A stretch of 64,000 nucleotides of DNA, taken from an uncultured Christensenellaceae bacterium (GTDB taxonomy: Bacteria; Bacillota; Clostridia; Christensenellales; UBA3700). Positions 38,448-48,122 of the stretch are shown piece after piece; the stretch's first letter is position 1; each line of letters opens with the position of its first letter. Below the pieces are notes generated by a model. That model had not been told where the DNA came from, made no database searches, and worked only from the letters and a program-made list of their open reading frames with translations. The stretch is from assembly GCA_944381325.1 (NCBI GenBank), contig CALWKS010000001.1:587636-651635 (forward strand). The letters run 5' to 3'. A program made the translations under genes and the position numbers.

Positions 38448-39950
38448 ATGAAAAAAATCTTCAAGTCTTTCGCACTGGTAACAGCCGCCGCAACTTTCAC
38501 GCGGTTATTGTCATTCGTATTTAAAATATACCTTTCACGCACCCTGGGCGCAGAGATCCTGGGCGTATATCAACTTGCGATGTCTGTAATAGCTACGCTT
38601 GCATGCGTCAGCTCAAGCGGCGTACCCGTTACTCTCTCAAGAATGGTTGCAGAAAATTCTGCATTAAAGCGCTATGACAAAAGCAATTCACTGCTGTTTG
38701 CCGCAATCAGCATGTCTCTGACTTTTGCACTGATATCCTGCGCAGTATTCTTCGCTTTTCCGTCTTTGACAAGCTCTCTGTTTTCTGACGAAAGATGCGT
38801 TCCCGTCTTTTACATAATGCTGCCTCTTCTGGCAACGACGGCTTTGTATTCCTGCATCAGAGGCTGGTTCTGGGGCAATAAGAATTACGGGGTTTACGCG
38901 GCGACTGAGCTTACCGACGAGATAACGAAAATCCTCTTTTCAGTTCTGTTGCTTTCAGGAACTCTTGCCATTGTCAACTCTCAACTCTCTTATGCGTACG
39001 CTATGGTAGCAAGCGACGTAGTCGTAGTCGTTCTTCTTATAGTACTCTTTTTTGTCTGCGGAGGGCGAATTTCAAAGCCTCACGGCTTTAAACCTATCGT
39101 AAAGAGTTCTGCTCCGCTGACTGCGACCCGTCTTAGCGGCAGCATGATAACAACGCTTGTTTCGCTTTCTCTTCCAATAATGCTGACAAAAGCGGCAGGC
39201 TTAACCACAGGTCAGGCTACGGCAGAACTGGGCAGAGCCACAGGAATGGTCATGCCTCTTCTGTTTGCTCCTACAGCAATAACAGGCTCATTGGCTGTTG
39301 TCGTGATTCCTGAATTTGCGTCAATGAACGCGGGCAACGAACGCGACAAAATAGGCGCTGCGCTTTCTCTTTCAGTCAAGTATTCCTGCCTCGTGACTGG
39401 CTTTTTCTTTGCGCTTTTCGCATCCTGCGGCGTCGCCTTGGGAGAACTTCTTTATGCCGACGAACAGGCAGGGCGTTATATATGCATAGCCGCTATCGCA
39501 ATGCTTCCTATGGGAGCAAACGGACTCTGCGTATCAGCGCTCAATTCTCTTGGCAAAGAAACGTCTACTTTTATCAGCCATGCGATAGGACTAGCTGTAC
39601 TCGTTGCAGTTCTGTTTTCAACGGTATGGTTCATGGGCGTATACGCGTATTTCCTTGCCCTTATACTGTCTCATATAGCTTCTCTTACAATAAATCTCAT
39701 AGCGCTGTCAAAGCAGATAAAGCTTGACAAAAAGCCTCTGTTTCACTCGCTGTTTGCATATGTTTTCTGCGCAGTAGCGGCTATGTCTTTGTCTCCTCTT
39801 TGTTCTCTTATTGCAGATCTTGCAGGAAATGCCGCCGCGGTTGCGACAGTATTCGCCGCACTGACTGCAAGCTATGCCGTTTACGTTTTCTGCAGCGGCG
39901 CAGTTGATAAAACCGACATAAACTTTCTTTCTTCCAAGGCAAAAAAATGA
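38448..39950 (+). CDS. MOP-superfamily flippase (SpoVB / polysaccharide biosynthesis protein-like)
   Basis: 500 aa, ~14 TM. N-terminus FTRLLSFVFKIYLSRTLGAEILGVYQLA is typical of the SpoVB/MurJ-like family. Confidence 0.75.
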   Translation: MKKIFKSFALVTAAATFTRLLSFVFKIYLSRTLGAEILGVYQLAMSVIATLACVSSSGVPVTLSRMVAENSALKRYDKSNSLLFAAISMSLTFALISCAVFFAFPSLTSSLFSDERCVPVFYIMLPLLATTALYSCIRGWFWGNKNYGVYAATELTDEITKILFSVLLLSGTLAIVNSQLSYAYAMVASDVVVVVLLIVLFFVCGGRISKPHGFKPIVKSSAPLTATRLSGSMITTLVSLSLPIMLTKAAGLTTGQATAELGRATGMVMPLLFAPTAITGSLAVVVIPEFASMNAGNERDKIGAALSLSVKYSCLVTGFFFALFASCGVALGELLYADEQAGRYICIAAIAMLPMGANGLCVSALNSLGKETSTFISHAIGLAVLVAVLFSTVWFMGVYAYFLALILSHIASLTINLIALSKQIKLDKKPLFHSLFAYVFCAVAAMSLSPLCSLIADLAGNAAAVATVFAALTASYAVYVFCSGAVDKTDINFLSSKAKK

Positions 39951-39992
39951 TTATAAGCATATTTTGACAATACTGAAATAAGTTGATAAATC

Positions 39993-40029
39993 AAAAAAGA
40001 TCTGCGGCATTACGTCGCAGACCTTTTTT
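39993..40029. terminator. Bidirectional terminator between convergent genes
   Basis: TCTGCG...CGCAGA stem flanked by A6 upstream and T6 downstream. Confidence 0.65.
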
Positions 40030-40068
40030 ACTCCTCTTTCTCTTGTGTGCATGAATTGCACAAACGTT

Positions 40069-40809
40069 TTATTTTCCTATAACCACGCCGTCAAAATCAG
40101 ACGGAGCGTTTCCTGCCGCAGGCATACCTGCTATCACAACGCCGTCGTAACGCGAGGGATAATTACCCTGAGCATTCTTTCTCTCCTCTTTGGCGACATA
40201 TCCGCCGCGCCTGAGAACAGGCTGAAGTCTTGAATATATTGCATACACTAAAATGGAATTAAGAACAATCCATAGCGGTTGCTGTATGGCTTTAGCTATC
40301 AGCACCTGAAAATAAGGTTCTTTAACTCCCCAGCCTTTTCCTATTACAACCTTTGCAAGAGTATACGGAAGTGAATTATATACACTAATGACAGTCTGAT
40401 ATTCTCCGACAGGAATAATCAAGACACTGTTGACTTCTCCTATTACTGTTAAAGTAAGGGTACATACCACAAAAGTTGTGCAAGCTGTCGCCAACAACTT
40501 ATAAATTCTCTTCCAGTTTGTGTATCTGCCGTAACAACCCGCAATAAGTGCCATCGTAGCGTTACTTACCGATATAATCACGGAATACGGACCTTGCGGG
40601 ACAAACACCGCTGGAATAAGATCGGCGATAAACGCGACCGCAAACCCTTGCCACGGTCCGAGTATAAAACCGGACAAATAGCAAAAGAGATAAACCATAC
40701 TTATCCTTCCGAGATAAGTGCCGAACGACTGAAATGAACAAAGATTTAACACCACACCGAGGGCGATAAAAATTGCCATATCAGCTATTTTCTGTGTTCT
40801 GCTTCTCAT
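40069..40809 (-). CDS. folT: ECF-transporter S component, folate family (FolT-like), with C-terminal extension
   Basis: Polytopic small permease immediately downstream of a THF riboswitch. N-terminus QKIADMAIFIALGVVLN is typical of S components. Confidence 0.65.
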   Translation of the reverse strand: MRSRTQKIADMAIFIALGVVLNLCSFQSFGTYLGRISMVYLFCYLSGFILGPWQGFAVAFIADLIPAVFVPQGPYSVIISVSNATMALIAGCYGRYTNWKRIYKLLATACTTFVVCTLTLTVIGEVNSVLIIPVGEYQTVISVYNSLPYTLAKVVIGKGWGVKEPYFQVLIAKAIQQPLWIVLNSILVYAIYSRLQPVLRRGGYVAKEERKNAQGNYPSRYDGVVIAGMPAAGNAPSDFDGVVIGK

Positions 40810-40879
40810 AGTGCAGACCTCCCGTAAATAGTGATATAGCAGAGTCGTAGCAATAAAATTTTATAAGAATAACATTTTA

Positions 40880-40975
40880 CAGCGGACGCAACACAACACC
40901 GCAAACCGCGTGGGCTTTTCGTTTGAAGGCGACATCCCATCCTTCAACACTTAACGCGTTGTGCTTACTCTGCTG
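40880..40975 (-). promoter_or_regulatory. THF (tetrahydrofolate, folT-motif) riboswitch aptamer
   Basis: Minus-strand RNA CAGCAGAGUAAGCACAACGCGUUAAGUGUUGAAGGAUGGGAUGUCGCCUUCAAACGAAAAGCCCACGCGGUUUGCGGUGUUGUGUUGCGUCCGCUG. It carries the conserved blocks AGAGUA, CGCGUUAAGUG, GGGAUG, ACGAA, CGCGG and UGCGUCCGCU, recalled from the E. siraeum THF aptamer. Confidence 0.8.
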
Positions 40976-41092
40976 ATTGCATTATATCATTACAAGCAAG
41001 AGTTGTCACTCTTTTTCACGTTGTTTTCAAAAATAACGCTGCGGCAGAGCGTTTCACAGAATAAATATCCTGCGTTTACGCAAAATAGATTT

Positions 41093-41776
41093 ATGTTGAC
41101 GGTATTTACTCGAGCAATCATAATATACGTATTTCTTCTTATAGCAATGCGTCTTATGGGCAAAAAACAGCTGGGAGAACTTCAGCCGTTCGAGTTCGCC
41201 ATAACTCTTATCGTGGCAGAACTGGCGTGCATACCTATGTCTGACACGCAAGTCCCCGTACTATACGGATTAGTGCCCATTTTTACATTGTTCATAATCG
41301 AATTCATATTCACCAAAGCCGTAAAACACTCTCTCAGGATACGCAATCTCGTAAACGGAAAACCCGTCATCGTAATAAATCCTCAAGGCATAGATTACAA
41401 GGCAATATCCAGCCTCGATATGACCATAAGCGACCTTATGGAAGCGCTGAGGGGCAACGGCTGTTTTTCCCCCGCAGAAGTTCAGTACGCGATAGCTGAG
41501 ACCAACGGCGATATATCGATCGTAAAAAAGCCTGAAGCAAACGAAAATCCGCGCACAAAACTGCCATACACGCTTATCTGCGAAGGCAAGACGATGAGCG
41601 AAAACATAAAAAAAGCCGACATGTCTGAAGACGCTTTAAAAAATATGCTCAAGCGAAAAAAACTACGTACCAAGGACGTACTTCTTCTTACTGCAGAAAG
41701 CGGCGGTGATTATTATCTTCAGCCTATAAAATCCCCGTGCGAAACCGGCAGCGCAAAGGAGCTTGAAAATGTATAA
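41093..41776 (+). CDS. DUF421 (YetF-like) membrane protein
   Basis: Start at MLTVFTRAIIIYVFLLIAMRLMGKKQLGELQPFEF, the family-typical N-terminus. The upstream part of ORF 40961 overlaps the riboswitch and is discounted. Confidence 0.75.
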   Translation: MLTVFTRAIIIYVFLLIAMRLMGKKQLGELQPFEFAITLIVAELACIPMSDTQVPVLYGLVPIFTLFIIEFIFTKAVKHSLRIRNLVNGKPVIVINPQGIDYKAISSLDMTISDLMEALRGNGCFSPAEVQYAIAETNGDISIVKKPEANENPRTKLPYTLICEGKTMSENIKKADMSEDALKNMLKRKKLRTKDVLLLTAESGGDYYLQPIKSPCETGSAKELENV

Positions 41777-42149
41777 GATATTTCTTGCAATAGGTCTGTT
41801 CATAGTCATTCTTTCTTTGGGAATTGCCGAGCAGGTGTTTATAAACAACTCTTTCAACGATCTAAAACAAGACTGTGAGGAAATTCAGAAACTTCTTCTT
41901 GATGGCGAATATCAACGCGCGTACGATATGACGGAACACGTTGAAAGAGACTGGCATAAAGAACGCGATCTGCTAGAATTCGCCTGCCCTAATACGGACA
42001 TTAAGGATATTGCCAAAGAAATCGGAGAACTCAAAGGCTCTCAGATCGCTCAGATGTATGACGACTCTATCACGCGTTGCGAAGTTCTTATCGCAATGGC
42101 TGAAAACTCACGCAATCTTCTCGCCTACAAATGGAAAAACGTGCTTTGA
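41769..42149 (+). CDS. DUF4363-like small membrane-anchored protein
   Basis: 126 aa with an N-terminal TM. Usual partner gene directly after DUF421; 8-nt overlap with it. Confidence 0.65.
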   Translation: MYKIFLAIGLFIVILSLGIAEQVFINNSFNDLKQDCEEIQKLLLDGEYQRAYDMTEHVERDWHKERDLLEFACPNTDIKDIAKEIGELKGSQIAQMYDDSITRCEVLIAMAENSRNLLAYKWKNVL

Positions 42150-42185
42150 TTTCATAGCGGTTTAATTGTGTTTAAAAAATAAAAA

Positions 42186-42207
42186 AGGTCGTCATAAGAC
42201 GACCTTA
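42186..42207. terminator. Strong hairpin AAGGTCGTC-ATAA-GACGACCTT; T-run is much better on the minus strand
   Basis: On minus it is followed by TTTTTTATTTTTT. On plus it is followed only by AGTGCCGTTTT. Confidence 0.75.
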
Positions 42208-42215
42208 GTGCCGTT

Positions 42216-42331
42216 TTCGGGCTGCCTGTTCAGCCTTGCTGCCACTGCTTCGGTGGTGCCAGAATCAGGTTTGTTCGGGCTGCCTGTTCAGCCTTGCTGC
42301 CGCTGCTTTGGCGGTGCCAGAATCAGGTTTG
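42216..42331. repeat. Two tandem copies of a 58-nt GC-rich structured unit (55/58 identical)
   Basis: Units at 42216-42273 and 42274-42331. They differ at 3 positions (42244/42302 A>G, 42251/42309 C>T, 42254/42312 T>C), all inside one predicted hairpin. Confidence 0.9.
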
Positions 42332-42426
42332 TTTCAGCACTTGACGTTTATATAATAACTTAATATTATCTTTCTGTCAATCATTTTTTTAACAAAATAC
42401 AACTGCTCTTAATACCCGCAAATGAT

Positions 42427-45246
42427 TTATTTCATTCCGAGTTTTGCTCTGAGATACTGTCCCGTATAGCTCTTTGGATTTTCAGCGACTTCTTCAGGAG
42501 TACCTTCCGCTATCACCGTGCCGCCGCCGTCTCCGCCTTCAGGTCCGAGGTCGATAATATGATCGGCAACCTTGATAACGTCGAGGTTGTGTTCAATAAC
42601 GACAACAGTATTGCCGCTCTCAACAAAGCGTTGAAGGATTGTTATCAGCTTCTTTACGTCTGCGCTGTGAAGCCCCGTCGTAGGCTCGTCGAGAATATAT
42701 ATCGTCTTGCCAGTGCTGCGCTTTGAAAGCTCAGTTGCCAGTTTTACTCTCTGCGCTTCTCCGCCCGACAGAGTGGTTGCCGGCTGACCAAGTTTTATAT
42801 ACGACAGACCGACGTCGTCCAGCGTCTTTATCTTGTTGTATATCTGCGGTATATTCCTGAAAAATTCGCACGCTTCGCCCACAGTCATTTCAAGCACGTC
42901 GTAAATGCTCTTTCCCTTATACTTGACCTGCAGAGTCTCGCGGTTGTATCTCTTTCCTCCGCACACTTCGCAAGGCACGTAAACGTCTGACAAGAAGTGC
43001 ATTTCTATCTTTATTATGCCGTCGCCCTGACAGTTTTCACATCTTCCGCCGCTCACGTTAAAGCTGAATCTTCCTGATTTGTAACCTCTCGCCTGAGCCT
43101 CAGGTGTCTTTGCGAACAGCTCTCTTATGTTGGTAAATACGCCCGTATACGTAGCGGGATTCGAACGCGGAGTTCTGCCTATAGGGCTTTGGTCTATCTG
43201 AATGACCTTGTCCAGATTTTCAACGCCGTCTATGCCGTCGCACTCAGAGTAACCGTCTCTCGCGCCGTTAAGTCTCGCCGCAAGTACGGGATAAAGGATC
43301 TCATTGATAAGACTGCTCTTTCCGCTGCCCGACACGCCTGTTATCGCAACGAACTTTCCGAGAGGAACGGTTACGTCTATTCCTTTCAGGTTGTTCTTTC
43401 TCGCACCTCTTATAACGATGCTCTTGCCGTTGCCTGCGCTTCTTACGGCAGGCACTTCTATCTTTTCTCTGCCTGCAAGATATGCGCCCGTGATCGACTT
43501 TTCGCACGCCATCACCTGCTCCGGAGTGCCGCAAACCACGACTTCTCCGCCGTTTACGCCCGCGCCCGGTCCTATATCTACGATATAGTCAGCCTTTTCC
43601 ATAGTTTCTTCGTCATGCTCGACGACGATAAGCGTATTGCCCAGGTCGCGCAATCTCGTAAGCGTTTCGAGAAGCTTGGTATTGTCTCGCTGATGCAGAC
43701 CTATGCTGGGCTCGTCGAGGATATAAAGCACGCCCATAAGTCCGCTGCCTATCTGTGTAGCAAGTCTTATTCTCTGCGCCTCGCCGCCTGAAAGCGTACC
43801 TGCCGCGCGCGAAAGCGTCAGATATCCAAGTCCTACGTTTTTAAGGAAGTTAAGTCTTGCGTTTATCTCTTTGAGTATCTGATTGGCTATAGTTGCGTCC
43901 TTTTCTGAAAGCGTAAGCCCGGAGAAAAACTCTATGCACTTGTCTATCGACAAATCGCAAAGATCTGATATATTGATTCCGCCGACAGTTACCGCAAGCG
44001 CCTCTTTCTTAAGCCTTTTTCCGTGGCATACGTCGCAGGGCACCTGCGTCATATATCTTTCAAGGTCAGCCTTCACGTTTATTGAAGACGTTTCGTTATA
44101 CCTTCTCTGAAGATTGTTTATAACGCCCTCGAACTTTCTTTTGAACACGCCGTGGAAAGTCGCGCTGTCGTAGGTTACTTCGATGTCGGAGCCGTCTCCG
44201 TAAAGCAGTATATTCTGTATCTTTTCAGGCAGATCCTTATAAGGAGTGTTAAGGCTGAAATTGTACTTCTTCGCAAGAGAGACAAGCGCCTGTCTGTTCA
44301 CCTTGCAAGAATCCATTATATACCAGCCCGATGCGTCCAGAGCGCCGTCGTTGACCGACTTGTCTCCCTTTACCACCTTTGCAGGGTCAATCCTGGAAGT
44401 AAAACCGAGACCCGCGCATTTAGGACAAGCGCCGAAAGGACTGTTAAAACTGAACAATCTCGGAGTGAGTTCCTCGATGCTGATATCGCAGTCGGGGCAA
44501 GCGTAAAGCGTTGAATACAGCGTCTTCTTGCCGTCAGTCTCCACTTCAACCAGTCCGTCCGCAAGCTTCAACGCCGCTTCGAGGCTGTCTGAAAGACGGC
44601 GCGACAGATCTTCTTTCATTACGAGTCTGTCGACGACTACGCCTATTTCGTGCTTTATATTCTTTTCAAGGTTGATCTCTTCATCGAGCGTATAATCGTT
44701 TCCGTCCACGATCACGCGCATATAGCCGTTCTTTTTGAGCTGTTCGAGCTGCTTAGAAAACTCGCCTTTTCTGCCTCTTACGATAGGCGCTATCACGCGC
44801 AGTTTCGCTCCCGACGGCGCAAGCATTACTCTGTCTGCAATCTGATCAACGGTCTGCTGTTCTATTTTCTTTCCGCACTTGGGACAATGCACTTCACCTA
44901 TTCTTGCATAAAGCAGACGCAGATAGTCGTATATCTCGGTAACCGTGCCGACTGTAGAACGCGGATTGTTTGACGTCGTCTTCTGGTCTATCGATATTGC
45001 CGGAGAAAGCCCGTCTATACGGTCGACGTCAGGCTTGTCCATCTGTCCGAGGAACTGTCTTGCATACGAAGAAAGGCTCTCCATATACCTTCTCTGTCCT
45101 TCTGCAAAAATCGTATCGAAAGCAAGCGACGACTTTCCCGAGCCGCTCAGTCCCGTGAATACCACCAGTTTGTTTCTGGGTATCGTCACGTCGATATTCT
45201 TGAGGTTGTGTACCCTAGCGCCTTTTACGAATATATCATCTCTCAT
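42427..45246 (-). CDS. uvrA: Excinuclease ABC subunit A
   Basis: 939 aa. Two ABC ATPase modules ([18 protein letters not shown]) and Zn-finger Cys pairs. Confidence 0.97.
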   Translation of the reverse strand: MRDDIFVKGARVHNLKNIDVTIPRNKLVVFTGLSGSGKSSLAFDTIFAEGQRRYMESLSSYARQFLGQMDKPDVDRIDGLSPAISIDQKTTSNNPRSTVGTVTEIYDYLRLLYARIGEVHCPKCGKKIEQQTVDQIADRVMLAPSGAKLRVIAPIVRGRKGEFSKQLEQLKKNGYMRVIVDGNDYTLDEEINLEKNIKHEIGVVVDRLVMKEDLSRRLSDSLEAALKLADGLVEVETDGKKTLYSTLYACPDCDISIEELTPRLFSFNSPFGACPKCAGLGFTSRIDPAKVVKGDKSVNDGALDASGWYIMDSCKVNRQALVSLAKKYNFSLNTPYKDLPEKIQNILLYGDGSDIEVTYDSATFHGVFKRKFEGVINNLQRRYNETSSINVKADLERYMTQVPCDVCHGKRLKKEALAVTVGGINISDLCDLSIDKCIEFFSGLTLSEKDATIANQILKEINARLNFLKNVGLGYLTLSRAAGTLSGGEAQRIRLATQIGSGLMGVLYILDEPSIGLHQRDNTKLLETLTRLRDLGNTLIVVEHDEETMEKADYIVDIGPGAGVNGGEVVVCGTPEQVMACEKSITGAYLAGREKIEVPAVRSAGNGKSIVIRGARKNNLKGIDVTVPLGKFVAITGVSGSGKSSLINEILYPVLAARLNGARDGYSECDGIDGVENLDKVIQIDQSPIGRTPRSNPATYTGVFTNIRELFAKTPEAQARGYKSGRFSFNVSGGRCENCQGDGIIKIEMHFLSDVYVPCEVCGGKRYNRETLQVKYKGKSIYDVLEMTVGEACEFFRNIPQIYNKIKTLDDVGLSYIKLGQPATTLSGGEAQRVKLATELSKRSTGKTIYILDEPTTGLHSADVKKLITILQRFVESGNTVVVIEHNLDVIKVADHIIDLGPEGGDGGGTVIAEGTPEEVAENPKSYTGQYLRAKLGMK

Positions 45247-45247
45247 T

Positions 45248-47263
45248 TTATTTCCTCTTTCTGCCCTGAGAGCCCTTGCTCTCTTCTTTCTTGCTCTTTG
45301 ATTCCTCTTTTGCGGACTTTGCCAGACGGTCTTTTATCGCGGTAACCTGTTCTCTGTACTTGATTGCCAGTTCGAAATCCAGATTCGCGGCGGCGATCTT
45401 CATAGCGGAATTCAATCTCTCCAGCTCTTTGTAAAGGTCTGCCGTAGAAACTCTTTCCTTTTCTTCCAGCTTCTTTGTTATCTCCAGCGTATTGGTTATC
45501 TCCTTGACTATCGTACGCGGAATGATGTTGTGTTCTTTGTTGTAAGCCTGCTGTTTTTCACGGCGGCGGTTTGTCTCGTCTATAGCGCGCTGCATGCTTC
45601 CCGTGATGTTGTCCGCATACATTATGACCTTTGCTTCGCTGTTTCTTGCCGCTCTGCCTATCGTCTGGATAAGCGCGGTTTCGCTTCTCAGGAAGCCTTC
45701 TTTGTCTGCGTCAAGTATAGCGACGAGCCTGACTTCGGGAAGGTCGAGTCCTTCTCTCAAAAGGTTTATTCCGACAAGCACGTCAAAGTCGCCTTTTCTC
45801 AAGCCCGTGATGATTTCAATACGTTCAAGGGTGTCGATATCCGAGTGCATATATCTTACTTTCATATGCTGTTCGGTAAGATATTCGGTAAGACTTTCAG
45901 CCATCTTTTTAGTAAGCGTGGTAACCAGCACCCTGCCTTTCTTTTCGACCTGCCTGTTTATCTCTGAAACAAGGTCGTCTATCTGTCCCGCGATAGGTTT
46001 TATCTCCACTTCGGGATCGAGAAGACCCGTAGGTCTGATAAGCTGTTCTACGACCTGCCCCGCTTCCGCCATTTCGTAAGGTCCGGGGGTAGCGGAAACG
46101 CATATCATCTGCCCTATTCTCTCGTCGAACTCCTGAAATGTAAGCGGTCTGTTGTCGTATGCCGACGGCAGTCTGAAACCGTATTCGACAAGATTTATCT
46201 TTCTTGAACGGTCTCCGTTGTACATCGCGCGTATCTGCGGCAAAGTCATATGGCTCTCGTCCACGAAAAGCACGAAGTCTTTTGGGAAGAAGTCGAGAAG
46301 CGTATACGGCGGCTGCCCGGGCTTTCTGCCGTCAAAGTAGCGGGAATAGTTTTCTATGCCGCTGCAATAGCCCATCTCGCGTATCATCTCGACGTCATAG
46401 CTCACCCTTTCCTGCAGTCTCTGCGCTTCGAGGAGTTTGTTGTTGCGCTTGAATTCGTCCACGCAGTCTATCATATCGAGAGATATCTGTCTCAGACTTT
46501 CTTCTCTCTTTTCCTTCTGCACCACATAGTGGCTTGCGGGGAAAAGGTTTATATGCTTGAGCTCGCTTATCGGCTTGGCCGTCAGCGGCTCGAACTGAAC
46601 TATCTTTTCTATCTCGTCGCCCCAGAATTCTATCCTGACTGCGATTTCCGAGCTGTCTACGGGGAAAACCTCAACGACGTCGCCGCGCACTCTGAAAGTC
46701 GCGCGCTCGAACTCAACGTCGCTTCTCTTATACTGAATTTCTACCAGTCTGTCGATAAGCTCTTCTCTGTCTATAGTCATACCGGGGCGCAGGGATATAG
46801 CCATGCTGTAATATTCGAGCGGCGCGCCCAGTCCGTATATGCATGACACAGAAGCGACGACGATAACGTCTCTGCTTTCGCACAGCGCACCCGTTGCCGA
46901 GTGGCGCAGTTTGTCTATCTCGTCGTTTATCGAAAGATCTTTTTCGATATAAGTATCCGTGCGCGGAATATACGCTTCAGGCTGATAATAATCGTAATAT
47001 GATACGAAGTATTCTACTCTGTTGTTGGGGAAAAATTCTCTGAACTCGTTGCACAGCTGCGCCGCAAGAGTTTTATTGTGAGCTATGACCAGCGCGGGGC
47101 GGTTGAGCCGCTTTATAACGTTGGCCATAGTAAAAGTCTTGCCGCTGCCCGTAACGCCCAGCAAGACCTGAGTTCTCAAACCGTCGTTTATTCCTTCGAC
47201 CAGTTTGTCTATTGCCTGCGGCTGATCTCCGCAAGGCTGAAATTTACTGTGTAATTCAAACAT
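45248..47263 (-). CDS. uvrB: Excinuclease ABC subunit B, with K/E/S-rich C-terminal tail
   Basis: 671 aa. GVTGSGKTF Walker A, helicase motifs, and the UVR domain ([13 protein letters not shown]). Confidence 0.97.
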   Translation of the reverse strand: MFELHSKFQPCGDQPQAIDKLVEGINDGLRTQVLLGVTGSGKTFTMANVIKRLNRPALVIAHNKTLAAQLCNEFREFFPNNRVEYFVSYYDYYQPEAYIPRTDTYIEKDLSINDEIDKLRHSATGALCESRDVIVVASVSCIYGLGAPLEYYSMAISLRPGMTIDREELIDRLVEIQYKRSDVEFERATFRVRGDVVEVFPVDSSEIAVRIEFWGDEIEKIVQFEPLTAKPISELKHINLFPASHYVVQKEKREESLRQISLDMIDCVDEFKRNNKLLEAQRLQERVSYDVEMIREMGYCSGIENYSRYFDGRKPGQPPYTLLDFFPKDFVLFVDESHMTLPQIRAMYNGDRSRKINLVEYGFRLPSAYDNRPLTFQEFDERIGQMICVSATPGPYEMAEAGQVVEQLIRPTGLLDPEVEIKPIAGQIDDLVSEINRQVEKKGRVLVTTLTKKMAESLTEYLTEQHMKVRYMHSDIDTLERIEIITGLRKGDFDVLVGINLLREGLDLPEVRLVAILDADKEGFLRSETALIQTIGRAARNSEAKVIMYADNITGSMQRAIDETNRRREKQQAYNKEHNIIPRTIVKEITNTLEITKKLEEKERVSTADLYKELERLNSAMKIAAANLDFELAIKYREQVTAIKDRLAKSAKEESKSKKEESKGSQGRKRK

Positions 47264-47625
47264 TAACCTGCAATAGCCGTAAGTATACGTACCAGCGTAA
47301 AGCTGAGTATCGCGCCTGCAACAGTCAGTATGAGCTTGAAGACGATAGCGCGCTTTTCAGCTGCGATCTGTCTTGAAAACGCATAACCGTTCTGATGCAG
47401 GGTGAAGCAATAGTATTCTTCCCCTTTTTTGTCGGTAGTAATCATCTCGAAAAAGTCTTCTGTAACCAGTGCCTTGAGATTTGATTCCAACTCGTCCCTT
47501 CTGAAATCGCTGCTTAAGGGTATTTCCTTGAGCAGATCTATCGGACGGATAAGACACACGCCCTCTTTTTTGATCGCGTGTGAATAAATCACTTTCATAA
47601 GCAGTTTCTGTTTTTTACTGAGCAT
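47263..47625 (-). CDS. Small protein: ~95-aa soluble (winged-helix-like?) domain plus C-terminal TM; unknown function
   Basis: 120 aa. TAATG overlap with the uvrB start. C-terminal hydrophobic helix [19 protein letters not shown]. Confidence 0.55.
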   Translation of the reverse strand: MLSKKQKLLMKVIYSHAIKKEGVCLIRPIDLLKEIPLSSDFRRDELESNLKALVTEDFFEMITTDKKGEEYYCFTLHQNGYAFSRQIAAEKRAIVFKLILTVAGAILSFTLVRILTAIAG

Positions 47626-47669
47626 AACTTCTTCTCCTGAAATTCAGCTGTCCGTGTAGGTTAAATCCG

Positions 47670-48122
47670 TTAATGTATTGCAAAGTGCATAATCAGCGCG
47701 ACTATCGAACCGCCGACAATCCCTCCGATTATGCCGCCGACTATTCCCCATACAAAGCCTATGGAGCGGCTGTGAAGTTTCTTGCGCATATTTTCAAAAA
47801 AGGTCTCGTCTTTGACGACCATAACCGGTCTTCCCGTCGCGTCGGTGCGCACGACGGTCTGATTTTCGTCTTCAACAACCTGCATTGTCGCAAGTTCTTC
47901 GTTTATGTTTCTGCCCTTCAGCGTAACGGCGAAGCACACTTCCTCATCGTCGCTGTACTTGACTGAAACGCATCCCTGCTGAAGCAGGGTGCGCCATAAG
48001 TTTTTGCGTTCTTCGTCGATTTCTCCGCCGAAAACGTCTGTCCAGTCATAGACTGAAAACTTTTCTCCTTCAGTCATAGTGCACAACTTTGAAAGCAATG
48101 CAATTCCGTCCTTGTCGAGCAT
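47670..48122 (-). CDS. Small protein: soluble N-domain plus Gly-rich C-terminal TM; unknown function
   Basis: 150 aa. TAATG overlap with the hom stop. C-terminal FVWGIVGGIIGGIVGGSIVALIM. Confidence 0.55.
   Translation of the reverse strand: MLDKDGIALLSKLCTMTEGEKFSVYDWTDVFGGEIDEERKNLWRTLLQQGCVSVKYSDDEEVCFAVTLKGRNINEELATMQVVEDENQTVVRTDATGRPVMVVKDETFFENMRKKLHSRSIGFVWGIVGGIIGGIVGGSIVALIMHFAIH

Noticed and set aside
40961-41092. N-terminal 44 codons of ORF 40961..41776 (GTG start)
   Set aside because: This stretch overlaps the THF riboswitch on the other strand. The family-typical DUF421 N-terminus begins at ATG 41093.
42166-42363. 65-aa ORF across the 58-nt tandem repeat
   Set aside because: It has a TTG-type start and no RBS. 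Its sequence simply reflects the duplicated GC-rich unit and spans a terminator hairpin.
42341-42369. Plus-strand TTGACG-17-TATTAT promoter-like element pointing into the 3' end of uvrA (antisense)
   Set aside because: It is not reported as a feature because it mirrors the minus-strand promoter in an AT-rich quasi-palindrome, and no plus-strand product or terminator follows. It is kept as a caveat in the tandem-element finding.
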